From the NCBI RefSeq assembly GCF_016127575.1, contig NZ_CP066019.1:2550001-2582000 (forward strand): a stretch of DNA of 32,000 nt, given 5' to 3'. The DNA comes from Cupriavidus necator. GTDB lineage: Bacteria; Pseudomonadota; Gammaproteobacteria; Burkholderiales; Burkholderiaceae. This document shows, one piece after another, positions 8,645 through 16,191 of this stretch. Numbering within the stretch: the stretch's first letter is position 1; every line of letters starts with the position of its first letter. The position numbers were made by a program, and so were the translations under genes. Under the pieces are notes generated by a model that was not told the DNA's origin, searched no databases, and saw only the letters and a program-made list of their open reading frames with translations.

Positions 8645-9352
8645 TCAGGCGTGCGTCGAGCAACCGCAGCCAGTGGCTTGCGCGGCGGCGGTGGCGACCT
8701 CGAACAGCACGTTGTTTTCCAGGTGGATGTGTTCCATCAGGTCTTCGCGCAGCGTGCGCAGGCCCAGGTAGAGCGCGCGCCAGGTATTGCAGGCCGCGCG
8801 CGGCAACGTGATGTCGTTGGTCAGCGCCGCCAGCCGCTGCAACGCCACGCCGTGGTCGTCATGCTCGGCGCGCATCACCGTGATCGGCCGGCCCGCGGCG
8901 GCATGCAGGCCGCGCGACAACATCGGGAACAGCACCTGCTCTTCCTTCTGCATATGCGTTTCCAGCTCGCCCAGCATCTCGCTCAGGTGGTCGGCCAGGC
9001 CAAGCGGGCAATCGGGCCGGTCACCGTGCACCTGCTCGACGCGCCGCGCCAGGCGGATCAGCTCGGGCAACTGCTCGCGGTGGCGCGCATGGAAGCGCGT
9101 GAGGATATGTTCGATCAGCTCGGCCGGCGCCGCCGTGTTCCAGTCCTGTGCCGACGACCCTTCGTCCTGCAGCGCGCGCAGTTGGGCGTCGATGGTGCCG
9201 ACGGCAGCCGCATCGAGACCCTTTTGCTGCGCGGCGTCGCGCAGGGTCTGCTTGCCTCCGCAGCAGAAGTCCAGCCCGTAGCCGTGGAAGATCCGGGTGG
9301 CACCAGGGATCAGGCGGGCCAGTTGGCCAAGCGAGTGGTCCTGCAAGGTCAT
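8645..9352 (-). CDS. norA: di-iron iron-sulfur cluster repair protein (YtfE/ScdA/DnrN/NorA, RIC family)
   Basis: 235 aa, start ATG 9352 with GGAG 9 nt upstream. It has the N-terminal LDFCCGG motif and hemerythrin-like His/Glu ligands (HARHREQL, HMQKEEQVLFP, EHDDHG, EHIHLENN). It lies 34 nt upstream of norB. Confidence 0.9.
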   Translation of the reverse strand: MTLQDHSLGQLARLIPGATRIFHGYGLDFCCGGKQTLRDAAQQKGLDAAAVGTIDAQLRALQDEGSSAQDWNTAAPAELIEHILTRFHARHREQLPELIRLARRVEQVHGDRPDCPLGLADHLSEMLGELETHMQKEEQVLFPMLSRGLHAAAGRPITVMRAEHDDHGVALQRLAALTNDITLPRAACNTWRALYLGLRTLREDLMEHIHLENNVLFEVATAAAQATGCGCSTHA

Positions 9353-9391
9353 GATGGTTGCTCCATGTGTAAGTTATGCCTGCACGACTTA

Positions 9392-9408
9392 CGCGAGGAG
9401 CGTGCCTG
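9392..9408 (-). promoter_or_regulatory. sigma54 (-24/-12) promoter of norA-norB
   Basis: The minus strand reads cAGGCACGctccTCGCg, compared with the consensus TGGCACG-N4-TTGCW. GG-to-GC spacing is correct and there is one mismatch in the -12 element. The site is about 40 nt upstream of the norA ATG. Confidence 0.6.
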
Positions 9409-9423
9409 AAAAAAACCTATCCA

Positions 9424-9436
9424 GATCAATGGGTTG
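9424..9436. promoter_or_regulatory. candidate IHF site (gATCAAtgggTTG)
   Basis: It matches WATCAA-N4-TTR except at the first base. It lies between the sigma54 promoter and the NorR boxes, where a bend is expected. Confidence 0.35.
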
Positions 9437-9446
9437 AAACACTGAC

Positions 9447-9459
9447 GGTAATTAATACC
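9447..9459. promoter_or_regulatory. NorR box 1 (GGTAATTAATACC)
   Basis: Perfect GGT-N7-ACC, the enhancer motif described for NorR (GT-N7-AC core). Confidence 0.75.
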
Positions 9460-9472
9460 CTATACTTCTCGC

Positions 9473-9485
9473 GGTACTTATCACC
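9473..9485. promoter_or_regulatory. NorR box 2 (GGTACTTATCACC)
   Basis: Perfect GGT-N7-ACC, 26 bp centre-to-centre from box 1. Confidence 0.75.
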
Positions 9486-9490
9486 CTTAC

Positions 9491-9503
9491 GGTATTTTTA
9501 ACC
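9491..9503. promoter_or_regulatory. NorR box 3 (GGTATTTTTAACC)
   Basis: Perfect GGT-N7-ACC, 18 bp from box 2. It ends on the base immediately before the norR ATG (9504). Confidence 0.75.
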
Positions 9504-11069
9504 ATGCTACCGAGCGCGATGTATCCCGAGTTGCTGGCCGACCTTGTCACCGACCTGCCGCATGCGGTGCGCCTGCAGCGGCTGGTCAGCATGCTGCGCA
9601 CGCATTTCCGCTGTGGCGCGGTGGCGCTGCTGCGGCTGGAAGAAGACCACCTGCGCCCCGTTGCGGTCGATGGCCTTGTGCGCGATGCGCTGGGCCGGCG
9701 CTTTGCGGTCGGCCTGCACCCGCGCCTGGCCGCGATCCTGGCGCGGCGCGGGGTGACCTGCTTCCATCACGACAGCATGCTGCCCGACCCATACGACGGC
9801 CTGATCGACGAGCACGTTGGCGAGCCGCTGCCGGTGCACGACTGCATGGGCACCAGCCTGGCCGTGGACGGCCAGCCCTGGGGCGCGCTGACGCTGGATG
9901 CGCTGGCGATCGGCACCTTCGATGCCGCGGCCCAGGCCGAGCTGCAGCGGCTGACGGTGATCGTGGAAGCGGCCATCCGCACCACCCGGCTGGAAGGCGA
10001 GATCCGCGCGCTGCAGCTGGCACGCGGCACGCCCGAGGCCGACGAAGGCACGGCCCAGCATGGCGACATCGGCGGCGAGATCATCGGCCAGAGCGAGGCC
10101 ATCGCCAACCTGCTGCATGAGCTGGAGGTGGTGGCCGATACCGACCTGCCGGTACTGCTGCTGGGCGAGACCGGGGTGGGCAAGGAGCTGTTCGCGCACC
10201 GGCTGCACCGCCAGTCGCGCCGGCGCGCGCAGCCGCTGGTGCATGTCAACTGCGCGGCGCTGCCGGAGTCGCTGGCTGAAAGCGAGCTGTTCGGCCATGC
10301 GCGCGGCGCGTTCTCGGGCGCGACCGGCGAGCGCCCGGGACGCTTCGAGGCCGCCGACGGCGGCACCCTCTTCCTCGATGAAGTCGGCGAACTGCCGCTG
10401 GCGATCCAGGCCAAGCTGCTGCGCACGCTGCAGAACGGCGAGATCCAGCGGCTGGGCTCGGACCGCCCGCGCCGCGTCAACGTGCGCGTGATTGCCGCGA
10501 CCAACCGCAACCTGCGCGAGCATGTGCGCGACGGCTCGTTCCGCGCCGACCTGTACCACCGCCTGTCGGTCTACCCGATCCCGATCCCGCCGCTGCGCGA
10601 GCGCGGCAACGACGTGCTGCTGCTGGCCGGGCGCTTCCTGGAGCTGAACCGCGCGCGCCTGGGGCTGCGCAGCCTGCGGCTGTCAGGCGGTGCGCAGGAT
10701 GCGCTGCGCAGCTACCGCTGGCCCGGCAACGTGCGCGAGCTGGAACACGTGATCAGCCGCGCGGCGCTGCGTGCCGTCAGCCGTGGCGCGGGCCGCAATG
10801 ACATCGTGACGCTGGAGCCTGAACTGCTCGACCTCGACGGACTGGAAGTGCCCGCGGCACACCATGCCGGCGCCGGCATGGCCAGCGCGTTCGCCGCCCC
10901 GGCGCTTGCTGCAGGCATCACCCTGCGCGACGCGGTCGAGCAAACCCAGCGCGCCTGCATCGAACAGGCATTGAAGGACCAGGGTGGCAATTGGGCGCAG
11001 GCAGCGCGCCAGCTGGGTATCGATGCCAGCAACCTGCACAAGCTGGCCAGGCGGCTGGGGTGCAAGTGA
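9504..11069 (+). CDS. norR: NO-responsive sigma54-dependent activator NorR
   Basis: 521 aa. The GAF domain carries a NorR-like iron-ligand pattern (PDPYDGL, HDCMG, LTLD). The AAA+ core has GETGVGKE, a sigma54-contact loop spelled GAFSGA (usually GAFTGA) and LFLDEVGE. The C-terminal HTH is NWAQAARQLGIDASNLHKLARRLG. Confidence 0.92.
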   Translation: MLPSAMYPELLADLVTDLPHAVRLQRLVSMLRTHFRCGAVALLRLEEDHLRPVAVDGLVRDALGRRFAVGLHPRLAAILARRGVTCFHHDSMLPDPYDGLIDEHVGEPLPVHDCMGTSLAVDGQPWGALTLDALAIGTFDAAAQAELQRLTVIVEAAIRTTRLEGEIRALQLARGTPEADEGTAQHGDIGGEIIGQSEAIANLLHELEVVADTDLPVLLLGETGVGKELFAHRLHRQSRRRAQPLVHVNCAALPESLAESELFGHARGAFSGATGERPGRFEAADGGTLFLDEVGELPLAIQAKLLRTLQNGEIQRLGSDRPRRVNVRVIAATNRNLREHVRDGSFRADLYHRLSVYPIPIPPLRERGNDVLLLAGRFLELNRARLGLRSLRLSGGAQDALRSYRWPGNVRELEHVISRAALRAVSRGAGRNDIVTLEPELLDLDGLEVPAAHHAGAGMASAFAAPALAAGITLRDAVEQTQRACIEQALKDQGGNWAQAARQLGIDASNLHKLARRLGCK

Positions 11070-11089
11070 CTGACACACTCGGGTGCCAG

Positions 11090-11159
11090 GATGCCGACAT
11101 GGCGATGCGCGCCATTACCGCATAAGCTAGTCCGGGTGTGCCGCCCACATGTCGGCATC
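11090..11159. repeat. 12-bp perfect inverted repeat (gatgccgacatg / catgtcggcatc) with a 46-nt loop
   Basis: The arms are at 11090-11101 and 11148-11159, between the norR stop and the next gene. The flanking ggcgatg/catcgcc allows alternative pairing. Confidence 0.4.
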
Positions 11160-11214
11160 GCCGTGTGCAGCAACTGCCGCGCTGCGCGCACGCCCACCAC
11201 CGGAGATTCCCGTG

Positions 11215-11643
11215 ATGATGACCGCAATGCAAACCTTCTGGCCGCTCGGCTTCCGGCCGTTTCCCACCTTCTTCTCCGGCGCGCAGCAGGTCGAGGCCAT
11301 GCAGGCCGACCTGGCGGACAACTGGCGCCGCATGGCCGAACTCAACCTGGAGTTCGCCCGCACCATGTATGAGGAGTTGCAGTTCGATGCCATGGGCGCG
11401 ATCCTCGCGCCGGAGCCAGAGGCCTTCTATGCGCGCGAGATTGCCTGCGAGCTGCCGCTGATCGGCGGCCCGCTGCACTATGCATCGGCCATGCTGGAGC
11501 TGTACGCCCGGGCCCAGCAGAAGTGGATCGATGGCTGGGGCCACCTGCTGACGCGGGGCCTGATGCCTGACTGGCAAGACATGCAAAAGGACGTCACCGA
11601 CGTCCCCTTCTGGCTGGTCCGCGAAACCCCGCGGCCGGCATGA
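11215..11643 (+). CDS. small helical protein, phasin-family-like (tentative)
   Basis: Track ORF 11149..11643. GGAG (11202-11205) precedes GTG 11212 and ATG 11215. The pattern LNLEFARTMYEE...APEPEAFYAREIA...HYASAMLELYARAQQKW resembles Phasin_2-type proteins. This rests on recollection only. Confidence 0.45.
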   Translation: MMTAMQTFWPLGFRPFPTFFSGAQQVEAMQADLADNWRRMAELNLEFARTMYEELQFDAMGAILAPEPEAFYAREIACELPLIGGPLHYASAMLELYARAQQKWIDGWGHLLTRGLMPDWQDMQKDVTDVPFWLVRETPRPA

Positions 11644-11852
11644 CCCGGCCGCCCCCGCCTTGCGCCGTCGCGGCGATCATCCCGATCGGTTCGCCCGGCG
11701 CCAGGTAGTGGCGCGCGCGCACCCCTTGCCTGCCACCTGTTGCATCGGCGCACCCACTGCCAAGCCAGCCGCGCAGCCCGGTATCATGCTGGCTGACGAG
11801 ATCGCGGATCGCCGGAACCAACGCCCGGGTCTCGGGACGCGCTCCGCCTTCA

Positions 11853-13427
11853 ATGCCCTCATATTCCCTGGTTCTCCTGCTTACCGTCGCCGTGGTCGCC
11901 TGCATCGGCATGGCCATCGCCACCTGGCCGCGGCGCGACGATCCGACCGTCCAGGCGTTCCTGGTGCTGGCATTCGGCGCGGCGACCTGGAGCGGCGGCC
12001 GCCTGCTCGAGATCAGCTCCACGGACCTGGAAGGGCGCATCCTGTGGGCCAAGATCCAGTACCTCGGGATCGTCGCCGTGCCGATCGGTTGGCTGGTGGC
12101 GATGGTGCACCTGAGCCGCCCGCGCTATGTGGTGCCCTGGTCCAGGCTGTGGCTGCCCGTGCTGGTGGCCGTGGTCACCGTGGTGATGGTCTTCACCAAC
12201 GAGCGCCACCGGCTGATCTGGCCGCGCATCACGCTGATGCCTCCCGGCGTACTGCCCGGTGCGGTGTTCGACCATGGCATCGGCTATGCCGCGGTGGCGG
12301 CCTGGTCGTACCTGCTGCTGGGGGTGAGCCTGCATTTCCTGGTGACGGCCGAAGTGCCCAACGGGGCCTTGTCGCGGCGGGGCCGCGCCATCCTGGCGTC
12401 GGGCCTGGCCTTGCCCCTGGTTGCCAATGTCGCCTACCTCAACCGCTGGACCGGGCCGCTGGGCGGGGACCTGACGCCGGCGACGTTCTCGCTGATGGCG
12501 GCGCTGGTCTGGTTCTGCGCGCTGCGCACGCACCTTGACGATATCGGCCACTACGCCCGCCTGCAGGTGTTCGATGCCCTCAGCGAGGGCTGCGTGATCG
12601 TCGACAGCCATGGCGCCATCGTCGAATTCAACCCGGCCGCCGCGCAGCTTTGGCCGGCCCTGCGCCGCGGCGACCCACTGCCCTCCGGCTGGGAAACCGC
12701 GCTGCAGCACTCGCCTGCCGACACTGCCAGCCTCGCGGCCACGCCTTTCGTGCCACCGGGCGCGCCCTTCGAGCTTACCGTGGAGCGTGTCGCCCGCCTG
12801 GACGGCAGGCAGATCGGCAGCCTGCTGTTTTTGCGCGACATCAGCCGCTTCCAGTCGCGCGAGCTGGCCCTGACCGCGCGGCTCGGCCAGACCGAAGAGC
12901 AGTTGTGGCAGGTGCAGGCCGACCTGGACATCGACGCCCTGACCGGCATCCGCAACCGGCGCTACTTCCAGCGCGAGTCGATCGCGGCCGTGACCCGGGC
13001 GTGCGAGCGCAGCCAGGCGCTGGGCCTGCTGATCCTGGATGTGGACCAGTTCAAGCAATACAACGACCTGCATGGCCACGTGGCCGGCGACGACTGCCTG
13101 CGGCAGATTGCCGGCGCCCTGGCCCGCACGCTCTCCGGCGAGCAGTTCTGCGCCCGGCTGGGCGGCGAGGAATTCGCGGCGGTGCTGCCCGGCGCCACGC
13201 GTGAAGAGACCCGTGACGTGGCGCGCCGCATGGTGGCCGTTGTGCGCGATCTCGGCATCGCGCACAACGGCACGCCGGTGCAGCCGGTGGTCACCATCAG
13301 CGTGGGCGCGGTCTGGACCGTGCCGGAAGCGCCGCGGCTGGAGCCGCTGCTGCACCGCGCCGACAGCGCTATGTACCGGGCCAAGCGCGCGGGACGCAAC
13401 CGCTTCATGCTGGACGGCGACGCCTGA
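11853..13427 (+). CDS. membrane-bound diguanylate cyclase (multi-TM N-domain, PAS, GGDEF)
   Basis: 524 aa, start ATG 11853. About 6-7 N-terminal hydrophobic helices are followed by a PAS-like segment (LSEGCVIVDSHGAIVEFNPAAAQLW). The active site RLGGEEF is intact. There is no RxxD I-site at the usual position (SGEQ instead). Confidence 0.9.
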   Translation: MPSYSLVLLLTVAVVACIGMAIATWPRRDDPTVQAFLVLAFGAATWSGGRLLEISSTDLEGRILWAKIQYLGIVAVPIGWLVAMVHLSRPRYVVPWSRLWLPVLVAVVTVVMVFTNERHRLIWPRITLMPPGVLPGAVFDHGIGYAAVAAWSYLLLGVSLHFLVTAEVPNGALSRRGRAILASGLALPLVANVAYLNRWTGPLGGDLTPATFSLMAALVWFCALRTHLDDIGHYARLQVFDALSEGCVIVDSHGAIVEFNPAAAQLWPALRRGDPLPSGWETALQHSPADTASLAATPFVPPGAPFELTVERVARLDGRQIGSLLFLRDISRFQSRELALTARLGQTEEQLWQVQADLDIDALTGIRNRRYFQRESIAAVTRACERSQALGLLILDVDQFKQYNDLHGHVAGDDCLRQIAGALARTLSGEQFCARLGGEEFAAVLPGATREETRDVARRMVAVVRDLGIAHNGTPVQPVVTISVGAVWTVPEAPRLEPLLHRADSAMYRAKRAGRNRFMLDGDA

Positions 13428-13436
13428 GCGGCACGG

Positions 13437-13901
13437 CTACGACGCCGCACCTGCCCGCCCCACGGTGGCGCCGTGCAAGGCCACCAGCCGCGCCGCCGCC
13501 TGGCTGACCCATGCGGGCCGCGGCGCGGCGTCGAGCCAGTACTTGACCTCCAGGCCCAGCGCGGTATCGCCGCTGATCACCAGCCGGCGCTGGAAGAACA
13601 GCGTGTCGGTATCGGCCTCGCCGCCCAGCAGGCGCAGGTAGTCGACCGCGCAGGCGCGCAGCGTCAGCTCAGCCTCGGCGTCCGCTGCCGCGGCACGAAA
13701 GCGCCCGCCTTCGCAGCGGAACGGCACGGCCAGCCCAAGGTCCTGCACCGTCAGCAGGAAGGCGTGTCCGTCCAGTGCGGCCGGTGGCTCCAGCCATCCC
13801 GCTCGGCGCGCCAGCTCCAGCGCCGCCACCAGCGGCAGCGCCCTGGCACGGGCGGGCATGCGCCGGTGCACGCCCGCGATCAGCTTGTGCAGCGCGCTCA
13901 T
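13437..13901 (-). CDS. ubiT: SCP2-domain ubiquinone biosynthesis accessory factor UbiT
   Basis: 154 aa with an SCP2-like C-terminal half (TLFFQRRLVISGDTALGLEVKYWL). ATG 13901 overlaps the ubiV stop as ATGA. It is the third gene after two U32 paralogues. Confidence 0.8.
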   Translation of the reverse strand: MSALHKLIAGVHRRMPARARALPLVAALELARRAGWLEPPAALDGHAFLLTVQDLGLAVPFRCEGGRFRAAAADAEAELTLRACAVDYLRLLGGEADTDTLFFQRRLVISGDTALGLEVKYWLDAAPRPAWVSQAAARLVALHGATVGRAGAAS

Positions 13902-14830
13902 GCCCGGGCCTCCCAGGCGATGCCCGCGCTGCGGTGCCAGTAGCCGTTGCAGGGCTGGGCGCCGGTCGGCGTGATGCCGCTGGCAGCGGGTGCCTGTTCA
14001 CCAGCACGAATCGCCGCGAGCTGTTGCACCACCTGCAGCGTGCCGGATGAATGCGGGCTCACGCGCAGCATCCCCACCCCCATCCGCGCCATCGCCAACG
14101 CCTCTGCGCACAGGTCCAGGCAGGTGGCGCTCTGCGTCTGCACGCCGTTGAGCGTGAAGAACGCCTGCCCCTCGCCGGTGGCTGCCACCAGGCCGTCGGG
14201 ATAGTCCATGCAGCGGAACTCGCAACTGTCCTTGCGCAGGCGATGGTGGCGCGCGGTAAAGCAGCGCGCCGAGAACGCCAGCGGCAGCCGGCCCCAGACA
14301 AAGGCTTCCAGGCGCATGCCGGTGGGGCGCGCCGCTGCCAGCGCGGCCAGTGTGGCGCCATCCATCTCCACCGGCGCGACGCAGCCGGCCGCGCCCAGCC
14401 CGGCCAGCCACGCCAGCGTATCGGCGTGGTAGACATTGAGGTGGGGGCCGCCGACAAAGGGCCGCCCTTGCATGCAGCGCACCGCGCCAAGGTCGTTGGC
14501 CTCGACCAGGTAGTCGTCCTGGGCGCAGGCGCGGCGCATCCAGGCGATGTCAGTGTCGGACTCCACCAGCACCGGCGTGGACAGCACCACCTCCTTGCCG
14601 GCATCGCGCAGCATTTGCGCAATCTCCAGCCATTGCGCATGGCGGACTTCATGGCGGCGCGTGCAGACGGTCTCGCCGAGATAGACGCGGTCGACCGGCG
14701 CATCGGCGACCGACGCATAGAACTGCATCACGGCCTCGCGCGGCCAGTAGTACAGCAGTGGGCCCAGGGCGATGCCGAAGGCGGGCATCGCTACGGTTTG
14801 CGGCATCGCGGCCGCGGCAATCTCTGGCAT
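13898..14830 (-). CDS. ubiV: U32-family ubiquinone hydroxylation protein UbiV (start uncertain)
   Basis: Track ORF 13898..14887 starts at a GTG overlapping ubiU. ATG 14830 has GGAG 6 nt upstream. ATG 14788 best fits the conserved N-terminus (ALGPLLYYWPRE). The Cys pattern is ARCFTARHHRLRKDSCEFRC. Confidence 0.85.
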   Translation of the reverse strand: MPEIAAAAMPQTVAMPAFGIALGPLLYYWPREAVMQFYASVADAPVDRVYLGETVCTRRHEVRHAQWLEIAQMLRDAGKEVVLSTPVLVESDTDIAWMRRACAQDDYLVEANDLGAVRCMQGRPFVGGPHLNVYHADTLAWLAGLGAAGCVAPVEMDGATLAALAAARPTGMRLEAFVWGRLPLAFSARCFTARHHRLRKDSCEFRCMDYPDGLVAATGEGQAFFTLNGVQTQSATCLDLCAEALAMARMGVGMLRVSPHSSGTLQVVQQLAAIRAGEQAPAASGITPTGAQPCNGYWHRSAGIAWEARA

Positions 14831-14877
14831 GGGAAGCTCCGTCATGGCCGGTTCAAGGCAGATCGATGTCATGGGTG

Positions 14878-15924
14878 TCACCGCCACGGCCGGTCATAGG
14901 CGCCTTGCGTGACCTGGTCGCCTTCGGCATGGCGCCCCAGCGTGCTCTGCCACTCTTGCCGCGGCACGAAGCGTGCCGGATCGGCGCAGGCCGCGTCGAT
15001 GGCCGCGCGCAGCACACCGACCACATCGCCCACATAGCGCGGGCTGCGCTGCCGGCCTTCGATCTTGATGGCAGCGATGCCCATGTCGATCAGCGCCGGC
15101 AGCAGCGACAGCGCATTGAGGCTGGTGGGCTCTTCCAGCACGTAGCCGCGCTCGCCCTCCACCTCGAAGCGGCCCTTGCACAGCGTGGGATAGCCGGCCG
15201 GCTCGCCCGGCGCATAGCTGTCGATCAGGATGCCCGACAGCCGCGCCTGCATGGTGCCGTCCTGCTCGGTCCAGCGCACCGCGTGCGCGGGCGAGCAGAC
15301 GCCCTTGTTGTTGGGCGAGTCGCCGGTGGCGTAGGACGACAGCAGGCAGCGCCCCTCGGCCATCACGCACAGGCTGCCGAAGCCGAACACCTCCAGTTCC
15401 ACGCTGGTCTGGCGCGCCAGCTTGCCGATCTGCGCCAGCGACAGCACGCGCGGCAGCACCACGCGGCGGATATGGAAGCGCTCGCGCATCAGCTCGATGG
15501 CGTCGGCGTGCGTGGCCGAACCCTGCACCGACAGGTGCAGGCGCAAGCCCGGATGGCGCTCGCACGCATAGTCCATCAGGCCGGCGTCGGCCATGATGAC
15601 CGCGTCGGCGCCAAGGTCCGCCGCCGCATCGACCGCGCGCTGCCATTGGGCCACCGCGCCCATCTGGGCAAAGGTGTTGATCGCGAACAGCACCTCGGCG
15701 CCGCGCGCGTGGGCTTCGGCCACGCCGGTGCGGATGTCGGCCTCGGTAAAGTTCAGGCCGCCGAAGTTGCGCGCGTTGGTGGCATCGCGCAGGCCCAGGT
15801 AGACCGCGTCGGCGCCGTGCTGCAGCGCCATGCGCAGGGCCGCCAGCGAACCGGCGGGCGCAACGAGCTGGGGCCGGCGCGGCACGTTCGCCGCGGTGGA
15901 TGGAGCTGGGGAGGCAGGGGTCAT
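14878..15924 (-). CDS. ubiU: U32-family ubiquinone hydroxylation protein UbiU
   Basis: The upstream two-fifths of the 616-aa track ORF 14878..16728 is a non-coding in-frame extension. I set the start to ATG 15924 (MTPASPAPSTAANVPRRPQLVAPAGSLAALRMALQHGADAVYLG). It is peptidase-U32-like with conserved Cys (CVMAEGRC, GVCSP). Confidence 0.88.
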   Translation of the reverse strand: MTPASPAPSTAANVPRRPQLVAPAGSLAALRMALQHGADAVYLGLRDATNARNFGGLNFTEADIRTGVAEAHARGAEVLFAINTFAQMGAVAQWQRAVDAAADLGADAVIMADAGLMDYACERHPGLRLHLSVQGSATHADAIELMRERFHIRRVVLPRVLSLAQIGKLARQTSVELEVFGFGSLCVMAEGRCLLSSYATGDSPNNKGVCSPAHAVRWTEQDGTMQARLSGILIDSYAPGEPAGYPTLCKGRFEVEGERGYVLEEPTSLNALSLLPALIDMGIAAIKIEGRQRSPRYVGDVVGVLRAAIDAACADPARFVPRQEWQSTLGRHAEGDQVTQGAYDRPWR

Positions 15925-15996
15925 CGGTGATGGCGCCGGCGGCGGCGCGAAGATGAAGACAGCCGCCGATGCTAGCCAAGCGCTTGCAGCAGGGGC

Positions 15997-16010
15997 TTGA
16001 CCGCGCGCAA
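15997..16010. promoter_or_regulatory. CRP/FNR-family-like box 1 (TTGACCGCGCGCAA)
   Basis: This is a TTGA-N6-GCAA core inside GCTTGACC-N4-GCAAAC, about 80 nt upstream of the ubiU ATG. It matches TTGAT-N4-ATCAA at only 7 of 10 positions. Confidence 0.35.
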
Positions 16011-16038
16011 ACCCACGCCAACCGCACACCGCCCGCGC

Positions 16039-16064
16039 CGGCCTATGCCGGTCGGCGTAGGCCG
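16039..16064. promoter_or_regulatory. palindrome with 12-bp arms, cggcctatgccg-gt-cggcgtaggccg (one mismatch)
   Basis: It lies midway between the two TTGACC boxes in the divergent ubiU/NMO control region. Confidence 0.3.
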
Positions 16065-16086
16065 ATGGCAGGCCACCACCGCGCGC

Positions 16087-16100
16087 TTGACCTGCGGCAA
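16087..16100. promoter_or_regulatory. CRP/FNR-family-like box 2 (TTGACCTGCGGCAA)
   Basis: It shares the GCTTGACC-N4-GCAAAC frame with box 1, in the same orientation and 90 bp away. It is about 98 nt upstream of ATG 16192. Confidence 0.35.
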
Positions 16101-16191
16101 ACGCCGGCACGTGCCGCTGTGCCACGCTTGCCCGGTCATCCACGCGGCTGGCCGCACGCCGGCCCCGCGCCCATCCTCTTCCGGAGATTTT

